Positions 38,401-51,774 of a stretch of 64,000 bases of DNA are shown piece after piece; position 1 is the stretch's first letter; every line of letters starts with the position of its first letter. The translations under genes were made by a program, and so were the position numbers. A model generated the notes under the pieces. The model was not told where the DNA came from, made no database searches, and saw only the letters and a list, made by a program, of their open reading frames with translations. The stretch is from Callorhinchus milii (lineage: Eukaryota): assembly GCF_018977255.1 (NCBI RefSeq), contig NW_024704743.1, positions 54,748,001 to 54,812,000 of the forward strand, written 5' to 3'.

Positions 38401-40039
38401 GACCGGCCCTTGCAGGGAACGGCCCTTGCAGGGACCGTGTGTGTTGAGGGGGGTGTGTGTGGGGGCGGTGTGGGGGGGTGTGTGTGTGGGTGTGTGGGTG
38501 TGGGTGTGTGTGTGTGTGTGTGTGGGTGTGTGTGTGTGTGTGGCTGTGTGTGTGGATGTGTGTGTGTGTGTGTGGGGGGGGGTGTGTGTGTGTGGGGGTG
38601 TTGTGTGTGTGTGTGTGGGCTGTGTGGGTGTGTGTGTGGGGGCGGGGGGGATGTGGGGAGGGTGTGTGTGTGGGGGGGGGTGTGTGGGTGTGTGTGTGTG
38701 GGGGGGGGTGTGGGTTGTGGGGTGGGGGTGTGTGTGTGTTTGGGGGGGGTGTGTGTGGGTGTGGGGGTGTGTGTGTGTGTGGGGGGGGATGTGGGTGTGT
38801 GTGTGTGTGGGTTGGGAGGGGTGACAGCACATCCCTTCCTGTAGCAGCTCAGGGAGCAGTGGGACCTGAGCTGTGGCCACGCAGTTGTTCTGTGACGACG
38901 TCTCGCAGCGGCTGCCGGACCCAGAACACTCCAGGCTGCGTGATTAATAACTGTAACGAAAATCACAGGAAAACGTTGACATTAATTTAAGAAACCAATA
39001 CATTTAGCATGATTTCTCACCTGAACGCTTCTAAAAATAACAAGTTTTGACATGAGCAGGCAAAAATAGAACTCAAGTTTCTCAAGAATATTGACATGAT
39101 TCATCACTGTATATACAAATAAGTTACTCAGCCGTGCTCCTAGCTGATTATTCTTCTTCTTTAGTCACATTATCCGGATTCACATGGAGTTTAAGTTTCA
39201 AAACCTTAAAGAATTTGCTGAAATAGAATACTGCATTTCGAAAGAAAGTGATCTTTGACACTGTCAACTGCTCCATAAACAGTACAAATACTTTGTGTAC
39301 TATGGGTTATTTCAACCACAACAACCACAAAAACGTGGGCATTCGACAGTACAGTTCAAGTTTTGCTCACTGCATTTACTCGGCACCATCAAAAACAAAT
39401 GCAGGCACGAGGTACGAAATTGACACCAGGACTTGTGCACACAGCAAAAGTTGACCCAACACTTTCTAAGCACAAGTTACTTGCTTCAGTTGAACTGTTT
39501 TTGAAATAACCTAGTTGCAAGATTGCTTTCACTGGGCATGTCAAGGGTCACTGATATTTAGGGTTTCACTATTTTGACGTTATCCTTCCAAACTGAATGA
39601 AAAACACTTCTGCACCAGTCTGTCAGGATACTTAGGAAAATGTATACTGCGTACGTCTTACAGGTTTGAAGTTTAATGACAAAGAAGACACGACAAGTCC
39701 CTCTTGTGTTTTTTAATCGTTTGAACTACTATATCATGTTGACTGTCCTATGTTACAATGCCTATTTGAACACGTCTAACCAGACTGCTGGGATTCCATC
39801 TATTTATGTGCTAAGAAATGCCCATTTCTATGGCAAGTATATGATTGTCAGTAGAAACTTCAGCCACCGCTAGTTTCACTAAAGGACCATTCTGATATCA
39901 ACCTCTTATAACGATGGAGAGTGCAGGTGCGATCAATAAGATTGCAAGTTTAGGTGCAGAGATCTCAAAGGTACTTCACATCGAGCATTGAAAGCCATGA
40001 CTGCATCAACCCATAAATAAGGAAACGGGTGGGACTATT

Positions 40040-40260
40040 CATAATAATAATCCCTCCAAAACCAAAAACAATAATAAAATTGGTCATTTTCAATCTACGA
40101 CTGATTGGGGACATTGCTGTGCGCAATTGGCTGCCGCGTTCGCCCACAAATATACAGTCAATTCACTTTACAGTGTGTTCTGTGAAGCGCTTTGGGACGT
40201 CCTCCCGACGTGAAAAGCGCTATATCAAATGCAAGGATTATTATTATTATTATTATTATT
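40040..40260 (+). mobile_element. 5'-truncated young SINE (Deu-like body + tail)
   Basis: Nearly identical to the 3' two-thirds of the 22049 and 27576 copies. Confidence 0.9.
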
Positions 40261-40329
40261 CAAACTGAACAAAAGAAAGATTCTAGTGGTGACTGGTCAC
40301 TCAACTCCCTCTCCTCTCCCCCCTGTCTG

Positions 40330-41485
40330 CCGACACGGTCAACTAGTCTGTCTCCTCAGGCTCTGTTCCACTCCCCCTGAAAACCGCTGTTATCACACTC
40401 CTCCTCAAAATACTCAGCCTCGATCCTTCTAATCTCTCACACTCCGATCCCATCTCCAACCTACCCTTCTTTGCCAAAGTCCTGGAACGCATTGCTGCTG
40501 GTCAACTTCGGTCACACCTCTCCCTCCACTCCCTTCTTGAGCCCCTGCAGTCTGGTTTTTGCCCTGCTCACAGCACAGAGACAGTCTTTGTCAAAGTCAC
40601 AAACAATGTCCTCTCTATCTGTGACCAAGGCTCCCTTTGCCTTCAAAGCCCTCCATAATCTTGCTCCCCCCCCACCTCTGCAACCTCCTAACCCCCTACC
40701 ATCCTGCTCGCTCCTTCCACTCTGCGGGCTCTGGCTTGCTTTACATCCCCGCCTCACTTGCCCCACTATTCGCTGGCAGGCGGGCCTTCTGCCGCCATCC
40801 TCTGGAACTCCATCCCGCAGTCCCTCCGCCTTGCCCTCTCCCTTGCCTCCTTCAAGACCCATCTCAAGACCCTCCTCTTCGACCGTGCCTTCGATCTCCC
40901 TCCTTCCTGACCTGCTCTCCACCCTCCCCAATCCCAATCCCAGCTCAAGTCCGAAACTCTGTCTGTCCAGCGCCTTGGGATGTCCTCCCGACGTGAGAGG
41001 CACTATACAAATGTAATTTTGTTGTTGTTGCCTCCTTGTCCTCCTGGATCTCTCTGCCGCGTTTGACATAGTCGACCACGCCAACCTCCTCCACTGCCTC
41101 TCTTCCCTCATCTACCTTAATGGGACCGCACTCGCATGGTTCTAGTCCTACTTAACCAACCGCCTCCATCTTATCTCGACAAAGAGTTTCTCCTTCCGAC
41201 CCCGCCCAGTCACCTGCGGGGTATTCCAGGGCTCCATCCTTGGCTCTCTTCTTTTCCTTATCTATATGCTCCCTCTGGGCAATAACATGCACAGACATTG
41301 GGTAAACTTCCACATGTATGTGGATGACACACAAATCTACTTTGCCTCCTCCAATACCAACACCAGGTCTGCCGATGATCTATCAGCTTGTTTGGCCATC
41401 ATCAGGGCCTCGATGAGTGTAAACTTCCTGCAGCTGAATGTGGACAAGACGGAAGCCATATTCTTTGGCTCCCATCAACATCTTT
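40330..41485 (+). mobile_element. L2 reverse-transcriptase fragment with a nested L2 3' end (about 40637-41030)
   Basis: RT motifs LLDLSAAFDIVDH, QGSILG.LLF.IYMLPLG, MYVDDTQIY and NFLQLNVDKTEAI. The nested piece has FKALHNLAPP...(TTG)n. Confidence 0.88.
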
Positions 41486-41964
41486 ACTCTTTAAATAGGC
41501 TCTGTACTGGATCCAAATCTCATTTTGTGCTGCAAAAGGTTATTGTCCTGATTTCGGCCACAAAATACACTGTCAATCCATTTTACAATATATTCTGAGA
41601 AGCACTTTGAGACATCTCAATAACGTGATAAGACCATCAAACCCAATGATTATTATTATATTACGGAAAATTAATATGTATTCTGCCCTTTAAGAAAAGC
41701 TTTGAATGAATAAAATGAGATGAGGAATACCTATTCAGTATCATGCTACAAAATTGTAACAGGAAAAATCTTACTGTCAAATGCTAGGAAATTTCAGAAA
41801 CAGCATAGCTGATATTCAGTCATCTAACCTTCAATTTCCACCGTGTTGCAATGTTCATATTTCCACAGATCGAAACATTTTTTGCTTAAAAAGTTGATTA
41901 AAACTGACTAAGGAAACTGGATGTAAATACTGTAACACAGTAACTGGATACAATTCCAATATTA

Positions 41965-42170
41965 ACTTGTAATACTTGCATTTAATATAGTGCCTTATCT
42001 GATCGTCGAAATGTCTCGAAATGCTTCACAAGATTTACTGTGTATTTGTAGGCAAACACAGCTGCCAATTTGCACACAGCAATGTCCCACAAACAGCCAC
42101 AAAGCGAATGACAAATGTTATCCGGGAGATTGCTGGTCAGTACACTGGGAGAAACTCCCTTTTTATAATA
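41965..42170 (-). mobile_element. Deu-domain SINE 3' fragment
   Basis: cttgcatttaatatagtgcc...gccaatttgcacacagcaatgtcccacaaacagcc. Confidence 0.75.
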
Positions 42171-44317
42171 CACAATATAGCACAAGCAATAAAAACAGTC
42201 TGCAAAATTAGAGTCTAAAAGTAAATATTAAAAAATGTAAAGGATCCTTCCTGACAAAGGTAACCTGCCCAACAGGTTACACTCTGAGATAATGTTCACC
42301 TCCTTTCCACAAATATTCACATGACACACAATGTTAATGACGTCTTTGCTGGCAATTATAATCTACGTTTCCAATACAGTCAAGTCTGCTTCATTTTATG
42401 CCCTTTCGGAACAGATAAAATAATATTACACATACTGTAACAATAGGGGAAACAAAACACTTCCAGACTGTTCTCAAGGCATTTACAGTTTCACGGATAA
42501 GAAAAAATGTTAAAAATCCAATCTTACTTTAATTTCACTGAACTAGGGTTATTTTAAAATAAAATCAGTTTTGACTATTTTGTCTTCAAAATTGAATCAC
42601 AAAAATAACAGCCACTATGGGCACTAAACTACTGTATTGTAACAGCCTTCTCTCATTGGACCATCCACTCACTGTCTGTGTTCTGGATTTCTGGTGCCAG
42701 ACCAAAGCTCTGGACTGCTCCCCGGGGTATAACATTTTGCGAACTTAACTGTACATGATATCAAGTATGATGAGGGCATTTTCAAAATTTAGCAATATGT
42801 AATGAAGGACAATAATCCCTGCATTTCGTTGGGTCAGCCGGCTTCTGACGCTTGCAGAAACCCATCTCAACGTGCTTAAGAGCATCGAAACTTAAACAGA
42901 GTTCCATGCATCCACCCGACACGTGGAAATTTCTGTGTATTGGAATGGAATGCACGCTTTCTGGAAGGAAACACTCTGCTTACCTAATTCCAAAGAGCAT
43001 TAGGCGCAGGATGGATTAGGGACCCTAGAGGGTATGTTAAGCATACTAAAACCCCAAAAGGAGTCCTCCCACAGGAGTCCTCCCAGATGAGTACAGATAA
43101 AAATGAAATGTGTGTCTCTGTCTGTGTGTGTCAATTTACATTCCATATTGGATTCTTTGGTTGTAAGCGTAGCTGCAACAGGTACAGCTAGTCTACTACA
43201 ACAGCGTGTGTTTTATCTGCTATAACATCGGGAGTGGAAGGGTTTCGACCAGAGCATTCAAAATTGCATTCATCACTTTCAGTAAAACCTCTCAACTCCT
43301 TAGCTAGTAAACCTCGGATTAATGAATGACAGATAACTGATCCAAATACAGCCTTGAGAAGTGCTTATAATGTCTGCTCTTAGAACAAGACTATACAGTA
43401 TAAATAATCATCCCCAGCAGAAATCTGGAATGCATATACCACAGAAAACTAAAGTTGGTACAAATGGACAGGTTTTACAGATCAAACAGTATCAGCAATT
43501 CAAAGTAATGCACAATCTATATTTCCAGTGTTAGTTTACCTCAGCAATTAAGACACACTCCAAAACTTAATTTCAGACTTTAGTTCAAGGGCCAAAAGTT
43601 ATCATGCAACTAATGGAAAATATAATTAAGAAACTATGCATCACTTAAATACAATCCAATGTTACACTCCATAGTAATTTGGCGAGTGGGACTACTAATT
43701 TTCTGCTGAGTAAAAAGCCAGTGACCCGCTTTTTAAAAAAAGTTCATGCAGCAGAATTAGCTTGTTAACACCGACAACTAGGAGGGGGTCCTCATTCAGC
43801 AAATTCAATCTGATACATCAAGATAGAGGAATGATTTTTTAGAAAGCATTTAAGTCCCATAATTGTTCGCAAATTCTAGTCATCCAATACATAAACAAGT
43901 GAAAATGTAACACGGATTGTAGTTATAATATGGCACTGCCAGCAGAAAATTAGCTAGGGAACCCAGTTCATAGTTCATACTAATGACTTAGGTATTGTAA
44001 GTAAAATATCTTATCTTCCATAAAGCTGCAAAGGTAGTCGGATGTTGAACCCATTATTTGAAGTTTGCGAATAGTGCCCCTGGCTAGTAAATCTCTGTAA
44101 ATACGTAAAGCCCTCCATAATCTCTGGCAAGAGAAATGTGCATCTGGTATGTTTCTTATTCTGTATCAATCTACTGCTGGAAGCAATGTCAAATCACTCC
44201 AGCAGTGCAAAGATAGAACCTAAGCTAGGCCATTTTATCAAAGGAACAACATTCAAATAAACAACTTTACTCTACTGGCATGAAAAATATGACAATATTT
44301 CTAACTCGAACATCTGT

Positions 44318-44674
44318 GTCCTGTAGCTCAGTGGTTAGAACACTCGCCTTGCAAGCGAGAGACCTGGGTTTGATTTCCCGCAGGGCGAAATGTTGGGCAA
44401 GTTTTCTTACTCCACACACCTCTGTTTTACTAGCAATAAGTAGGAACCCGGTTGTTAAGTCGATTGGCAGCTCGCTTTTCTGGGGACAATAATCCTTCAA
44501 AAAAAAATTAGTCACTCAATCCACGACTATTTGTGGGACACTGCTGTGTACAATTGGCTGCCGCATTTCGCACACAAATATACAATCAATTCACTTTACA
44601 GTATTTTCTGTGAAGTGCTTGAGACTTCTAGAAGGCTATATCAAACGCAAGGATTATAATAATTATTATTATTA
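44318..44674 (+). mobile_element. tRNA(Ala)-derived SINE, long (full CORE-like) variant
   Basis: Head as at 22049, plus an extra internal segment cctctgttttactagcaataagtaggaacccggttgttaag. Confidence 0.88.
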
Positions 44675-45419
44675 TGTGCCATTCAGACTCACAAGCCTTC
44701 ATTCGCAGTTTTAAATTATTTGCTCTATTTGGAGAATGAAAAGGCAAGAGGGGACAACACCATGCCATGTCCAACAGTATGTCAGACAATGTGCTAACAC
44801 TTTTATACCTTTGATAAACTGGCCTTCCATCAGCAATTTGCAGCTCAAAGAACAGTGCAACTGGTCCAAATTTATTCCGATTCCACTCAGAAATAGATCA
44901 CCTAAGATCTTTGCAAGACTACAGTATTTTTAATGATATTGGAATGTGGTTAATGCAGCCAGCTCTTTGAACAGAATTTTTAAAAAATCTCTTCCCCAGC
45001 CAACCCAATTAGGAATTGGAAACAGAAATGAGATTCCTAATTGCTTTACTGCTGGAAGCACCAGAAACTGTGCATTTGGGGCAGGAAAGTTAAATGAGGT
45101 AATGTAATCAACATAATTTGAAAAGAATTCAATGTCCAGTACAGCATTCATTTTTTTGTAGCTACTTTCGGAAATGAAGGGCATTACACCAACTTACATA
45201 TTTCAGTATCAAGACTAATTATTTGGAATACTCACATCATTTATGCATTTAGATGTTGTGTTTTTCATATCTACACACCCCAGATATCATCCAAACTGCA
45301 TACATTTATATAAAGCAGGATTCCAAAGAATTACTTATCAGAAGTAATAATAGATGAGATATTCATGCAACTTGAACTCAGAACAAGACAGTCTTTTAAA
45401 AAAGCAGTGGTAGTACCCA

Positions 45420-45800
45420 CAGTGGTTGTGGGTTCAAGCCCCACGTCGGGACTTGTAATCACATTGCCTAAACTGACACTCCAATGCAGTCCCAGGGTGG
45501 TGTTGCATTATCGGAGATGCCATCCTTCAGATGAGATGTTAAATTGAGATCCACCTGCCTGTTCAGGTGGATGTCAAGGATCCCGTGGCAATTCAAAAAG
45601 AGAAGGGAGTTTCTCCCGGCGTCCTGTCAATCACCCAAATTAAAATTAGTCACTTATTCCATTGGTTGTTTGTGGGACATTGCTGTGCGCAACTGGCTGC
45701 CATGTTTCACCCACAAAATACACAGTCAATCTACAGTAATCTTCACTGAAGCACTTTGAGATGTCTCAATGATGTGGTAAAGTGCTATAATCAAATGCAA
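45420..45800 (+). mobile_element. Older-family Deu-domain SINE
   Basis: ggttcaagcccc, gccatccttcagatgagatgttaaa, gtttgtgggacattgctgtgcgc and tail. Confidence 0.8.
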
Positions 45801-46394
45801 TGAATGAAACCAGATCGGAGGGGCTCGAGGAGCGAGTGGAGGAGAAGTGAGAGCAAATCTGGTTAGCAACAAAGCGTTCCGGAGCTTTGGCAAGGAAGGG
45901 CAGGTTGGAAATGGGACGATATTTTGTAAGGTTGGATGGGTCAGGTGGTTTGGGGGCGCGGAAGCAGACGAAGGGGAGGAGGATGCAGCCAAGTGGATAT
46001 TTTCATAGTCTCAACTGTAAGACTTTATCAAAACTCTTCTGGAAGATGAAAATAAAATGATATTCTCCAGCTTTTATGAAGAATTTCAATAGATTTGCAA
46101 AGCATGATCCATTGCTTTTAAATCCATGTTGACTGCTCTTCTAGTATCTATAATTTATATTTTATTTTACTATTTCATTCATTGTTAAGTCAGGTTGAAT
46201 AGTATCAGTGTCATCCAGGTCATTTTTAGAGTGACATGTCTTTGGGACTGACATGTCACAGCACTTCTGAATGATTTAAAAAGTAGCACCAGAGCCATAG
46301 GTAAGTTTAAACTTAATACTTATTTTAGAAATACGTGAATTGAAAAAAAGAGCAATGCTAGTTCTCTGGCACGGTGGTTATTTTGTGGACTCGT

Positions 46395-46714
46395 GGAGTC
46401 CTGTAGCTCAGTGGTTAGAGCACTCGCTTTGCAAGTGAGAGACCTGAGTTCAATTCCAGGCACAGGGCGAAACCTTGGGCAAGTTTCCTTACTCCACACA
46501 GAGCCTAATAATAATCCCTCCAAAAAAACAAAACAATAATAAGTTGGACATTTTCAATCCAGGACTGTCTGTGGGACACTGCTGTGTGCAATTGGCTGCG
46601 CGATCGCCCACAAATATACAGTCAATTCACTTTACAGTATATTCTGTGAAGCGCTTTGGGACGTCTAGAAGACGTGAAAAGCGCTATATCAAATGCAAGG
46701 ATTATTATTATTAT
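46395..46714 (+). mobile_element. Full-length tRNA(Ala)-derived SINE
   Basis: Same structure as 22049. Confidence 0.92.
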
Positions 46715-46759
46715 TTGTTATGCGATAGAATAATGATACCTTTACCGTACCTCAGGTGC

Positions 46760-46985
46760 TGACAGCATCACCATCTATGGTTGCACACTCCACTTCCTAA
46801 GTCAGTCTGGAACCTTGGGGTCTTGGTTGACCCTCAACTATCCTTTCTATCCCACATCTGCATCATAACCCATTTCTGCCTTCCCCCACTCCACAACATC
46901 GCCCGGCTCCGCCACTGTCTCACATCGCAGGCTGCCGAAACCCTCATCCATACTTTCATTACATCAAGGCTCGACTATGCAAACT
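46760..46985 (+). mobile_element. L2 ORF2 fragment
   Basis: NLGVLVDPQLSF...ETLIHTFITSRLDYAN. Confidence 0.85.
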
Positions 46986-49900
46986 AATCCCCTGCTTTTC
47001 CCCTGCCCGCCCACCCTCCCCGCCCCCTATTTACTACATAGCATGTGCCATGTTTTCACAATTCAATATTGGGATTGATGTTATAAACAATACAAACTTC
47101 ATTAAGAGTTTATCTGAATAGTGGAGAGAGTTCTAGAGTCATCTTGTGCACCCAAAAACTTCACAGATGTTTCTGTACATTTAGATGAAAATTCACATGC
47201 AAAATAAATGCACAAAAGCTAATATCAAATGCTAAAATCCAAAATGGTGCAGCACTGTTCCCATGCAGACTAGATAGCACGGTTGCCTATCCAGTGACAA
47301 CAACTTGGATTTAAATAGCGCAAATACAGATGACCATCAACATAAATAAATTCCAAATGGAAAACAGCCATATATTCAATGACCAAAGAGAAAGAGGATC
47401 AACATTGGGAGAGTAGAGTCCCACCACCATAAAGTTTGGGAAAGACAGCTCAAAACAAAAATGTAGAAGGTTTATCACAAAGGAAAAGCCAGGCAGGACA
47501 AATCCTAACAGTAAATCCAGAGACAAGGAACAGGAAACCACAGAAGAGACGCAACAAAACGAATGGCATTGATTGATACCCCTGTCGTGGGGAAGTGGAA
47601 CAATAAAAAAGTTTCTAGAGTCCAATATCATCTTACAAATATTTGTACTGTAATTGCTTCCAACACAAGATGAAATAAAAGCCTAAAAGAGAAAGCTGAC
47701 ACTGTAATGAAGTAAAAGATCTAACCATCTCACACTCCAGTATGAGAGAGGTGGAAAAATCCAGTTCATGACAGCAAACCTCCCCGTCTCCATTGCCCAG
47801 AGATGCTACTGAGTAAGTTATCTCAGGATTAATCCTTGTGGGGAGTAGGTAGAGCTGTTTAATCAGATGTGAAGGTGGAAATGGAGAACATGCCATATTG
47901 GCCAGTTCGGCCAACAGGATAGGATTCGATAGATGCTGCAGTTAGTGGATTTCACCATAAATAGCAAATGAAATTTCAGGATGGTTAATGAATAAATGTA
48001 CTCCAATCCCAAGAGTGGAATATGGGGACAGATAAGAGATGAGAAGCAGACCAGTCCAGCAGACCTAAATCAAACCAGCTCATTAATTATCACACAAAAT
48101 CCAACATTTCTGCTTGTGTTATACAAAGAGTGAAAACAATGGCCAACTTTGGGTTCATCAGGTCGGCACTGTGCATTACACTATATGCAAGAAACATTGC
48201 ACACTCACTTTCCTCATTAATTGACGGATGAGACGTTAAACCAAGTTTCAGTATACTTGTTCAAGTGGAAGTTAAAGATGCCGTGGCACTATTCGAAAAG
48301 AGAATGGAGTTTCTCCTGGTGTCCTGGCCAATATTCTTTTATTTATGTGAGCAATGCACAGGAAGTGAGGTCAGTGGCTAATGAACAACCTGCAATTTGG
48401 CCATTGTATAGCGTGGGAAGCCGGCTAACCACCGCGGAAAGTTAGTAAATGGCACTTCTGGTCCACAGGACACCGTGCTAAACCTGAAGCTGTTCTATAC
48501 CAGGAGACAAGCTGTATCATTTCCACCATAATAATGTAAATGATTTAAGAATTCAATATGAGTAGCAAGTTTTCAATGCAGAATAGTGAATACTGTACCT
48601 CAACACAACACATCTGCATTGCTCTTTCATTCAAATATCCCATTTAACCAATATGAAGTCTTGATTTCATAATTTGTCAGGAGTTATGTTCTCTTATCAA
48701 TGCCATCGCCTGGGAACTAATGTCAAGACAGAGCTTGTGATTAATGAAAACTTCTCTAGGCAGTAAATTTATGTGAAGCTATTATGCACACTATGAAATT
48801 ATCCTGGGAGACCATTTAATAATGCTGGTCTTCTGTGAGAATCTGTGGCAGGAGGAAAAGGGAAACAAACAAGCACTTCTTTCTCATTGTCACTGCGACA
48901 GCCTAAGTGAGGAGAAGATTGATTCTGACAATGGTCAGGAATATTTTTGTTAAAAAGGTGAAATATTTTTACAATACTGTCATTTCTCGAGAGATAGGTA
49001 GAAAAAGTACTGAAATGGTACCGTACCTCACCTTACATTCATCTTCCCATTAATGCAGCAAGATGCCACAGATCTCTTCTAGTTCCACAGCTATAGAGAA
49101 TTAGGGTCCCTGTTGTGAATTCCCTGTTGTGGAGAATTAGTATCCACTAAACAATTTGCCCTCCGCCCTCCCCCCCCCCCCCCCACCCATCCACACACAA
49201 TGTGCAGAAGCTCACCATAGATGGATACAGAAATTTCACAATCCTTTGATAATTGAGCAGCATCCCACACAATATGCACATAGTCAATGCCTCACTAAAC
49301 AATTTGTAGGCAAGATTGGAACACAAAAGATTATCTTCCTTTTGCACATCTGACCACAGAGTACTATTCTCAGACCAGTCCAACCTCACAAATAAGGACA
49401 TGCTCTCTTAGGACTCTTGTCTGAATCAGAAGGTTTGTGGGTGCGTATCCAGCAAAAGGACTTCAACTCATAAAATAAGCTGATACTCCAGTGCAGGTTG
49501 GATGGAGTGCTGAATTAGTACTGTTCTTCTGAAATTAAAACCAAGATCTTATGTGCATGTTCTTAAGATCCAATGGTGCTATTTTGAAGAATTGCCAACA
49601 GACAATGTCAGCAACACTCTCCACATGAATGAAAACATGAAAACAGAGAAGCATATGGTAACACAACCCAAATGCAAGAAAACCACAAGATGACTGCAGT
49701 AGCTAAAGAAAAACACTAATAATGTTGCAAACAGTAAAACCTAGTGCACACTGCCACTCATTTTTTAAAGCACTTGAGTAATTTTCCATTTATAATGGAA
49801 TATAAAACAGAATTATATGTTGAGCACACACAAACTAATTAAAGAGTTGAGTGCATGGAGAAAACAGGCTTATGAAACCTTTTCAAATGCAAGAATTATT

Positions 49901-51506
49901 ATGATGTACCTTTAATTATTTTGTGATGTGTCATAGATTATGGCACTGTTATTTTGTTGCTTAACTGCCTTGTACACATTTGGAATTAGACAAAGTAATG
50001 CAATTACAACTATCTTCCTAGCATCTATTCTCTTTTCTTTATTAAGCACAATACAGCTAACTCAGCTTTTAATTGCATTTGTTTTAATGGAGGAACCAAA
50101 GCATTCAGTAATAAATGGTTAATAAAACTTACACACTCAAAACGTTTGCATTAAGTCAAGGTTGTGCAACATTTGAACAGCTGATCCTTTTATGCTTGTA
50201 CTGAAGTACCTAAGGTACTTGTGAATTTAATCTTGGAGAAAACATCAAGCAAGCTAAAGGTTATTTTAAATTGAAAAGTATGTTCTATAGAGGGCCAAGT
50301 TCCAAATTTAACTGAAAGACTGCAAGGTACCGGTTGCAAAGAAACAGTATTTTAATCTGCAGTCTGTAATTTAAGATAATAGATTTTTTTTTTGCACGTG
50401 CAATTCTTCCTCATCTCTAAAAACATTTTCCAACTGAATGCTGTAACCCTGGCTGGTAAAAATGCAAAGAATCACAGTGTAATGAAATCTCAGATTCACG
50501 AATGAACATTAGGAACTAAACTCCAGAACATTTCAAACAAGATAATTCAATGTGTGTCTCATTTATTTTTAAGACTACAGAAGTCAAAGTCATCAGAAGC
50601 TCACAAGACTAGGATATGCAAAACTGCAGCACATAAACATGTTTTATCTGCCCTCTGAGACAAGCATAGTATAGCAAGTTAATTGTTAAACTTAAAACCA
50701 TACCATAAAAACACACACTCAAAAACTGACTCATTTACTGACTTCTGAGAGCTACAATTCATCCCTCGCTTATGTCTATGTGATACCTGAGTTTCTCCTG
50801 AGACTGTGGTAATGAGAAGCAGATATTCAAAATAGCAATCTAGATTAGAAGCAAAACATTTAGTTTTTCTTGTTAAAAAGGACAGCAACTACAGTACTGT
50901 ATATTCTGAAAATGAAAAGGATTCAAAATAAGCACAGCCAACAAGGCCAGACTATAACACAGCAATAAGGGAAGCATATCTGTCAGACACTACTCATTGT
51001 ATATTATTCAGCCTAACGAAGGGGAAAGTGGTAAACAATATGACAAAGGTAGGGGAAGGGGGTCTGAAGGAAAAAATGTTTGCAAACTGAACAAATGATT
51101 ATCTAATATTGATATATCAAAATATTAAAAATATTCAATTATAATTTTCTATAGCTATAAAGAAGACAGCATATGATTTACTGGAGGCAGTTCCACCATT
51201 AATTTCACTTTTATCAATGTTCCTATGAAATAGTCTGGTGAATCAGACATTTGAAAGAGGCCTTTTGACTCACAAAACAGCTCTCATTACTATAATAAAC
51301 TGGATAAATCTTTACCAGCCAACACAACAGACAGAACAATACACATCTATAGCTGAATAATGCTAATCTACTCATCTTACACAGGGAGTCCTGGAAAGAT
51401 ATTTATAAATTATAAATGTGTTTGCTTGACAGCGCCCGAGTCAGTTAAGCAAACAAACTGATTCAAAAAGAACCTTAACGAGAAAATGACACCAATCCTT
51501 TCTTGG

Positions 51507-51760
51507 AACGGGCGAGTTGGTAGGGGGTTAGAAGGTTGCAGAGGTAGTGGGGAGCAAGACCATGGAGGGCTTTGAAGGTGAAGACAGGATCTTGAACTGT
51601 ATTCTCTGTGTGATGGGAAGCCAGTGGAGTTGGGCGAGGATGGGGGTGATAGGGTCGCGGAGCCTGGTGCGGGAGAGGACATGAGCTGCAGAGTTCTGGA
51701 TGATCTGCAGCCTATGGAGGAAGGAGTTGGGGAGGCTGACAAGCAGGGAGTTCGCATACA
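51507..51760 (-). mobile_element. L2 ORF2 fragment
   Basis: YANSLLVSLP...LQIIQNSAAHVL...PITPILAQLHWLPI. Confidence 0.85.
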
Positions 51761-51774
51761 AACTCTGGGAGGGG

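Larger units (their letters stand above)
25789..38929. repeat. Tandem triplication: units 25789-29855, 29856-34221, 34222-38880 plus a terminal 49-bp repeat 38881-38929
   Basis: Near-identical ORFs recur at 26412/31171/35818, 26931/31690/36337, 27405/32164/36811 and 28355/33114/37761. Each unit starts with gcagttgttctgtgacRacgtctcgcagcggctgccggacccagaacac. Confidence 0.97.

Noticed and set aside
29026..38990. Long ORFs of 200-750 aa rich in PHT, CVG, GRAG or PALP
   Set aside because: They are translations of stop-free satellites, open in several frames on both strands, with no domain or splice support.
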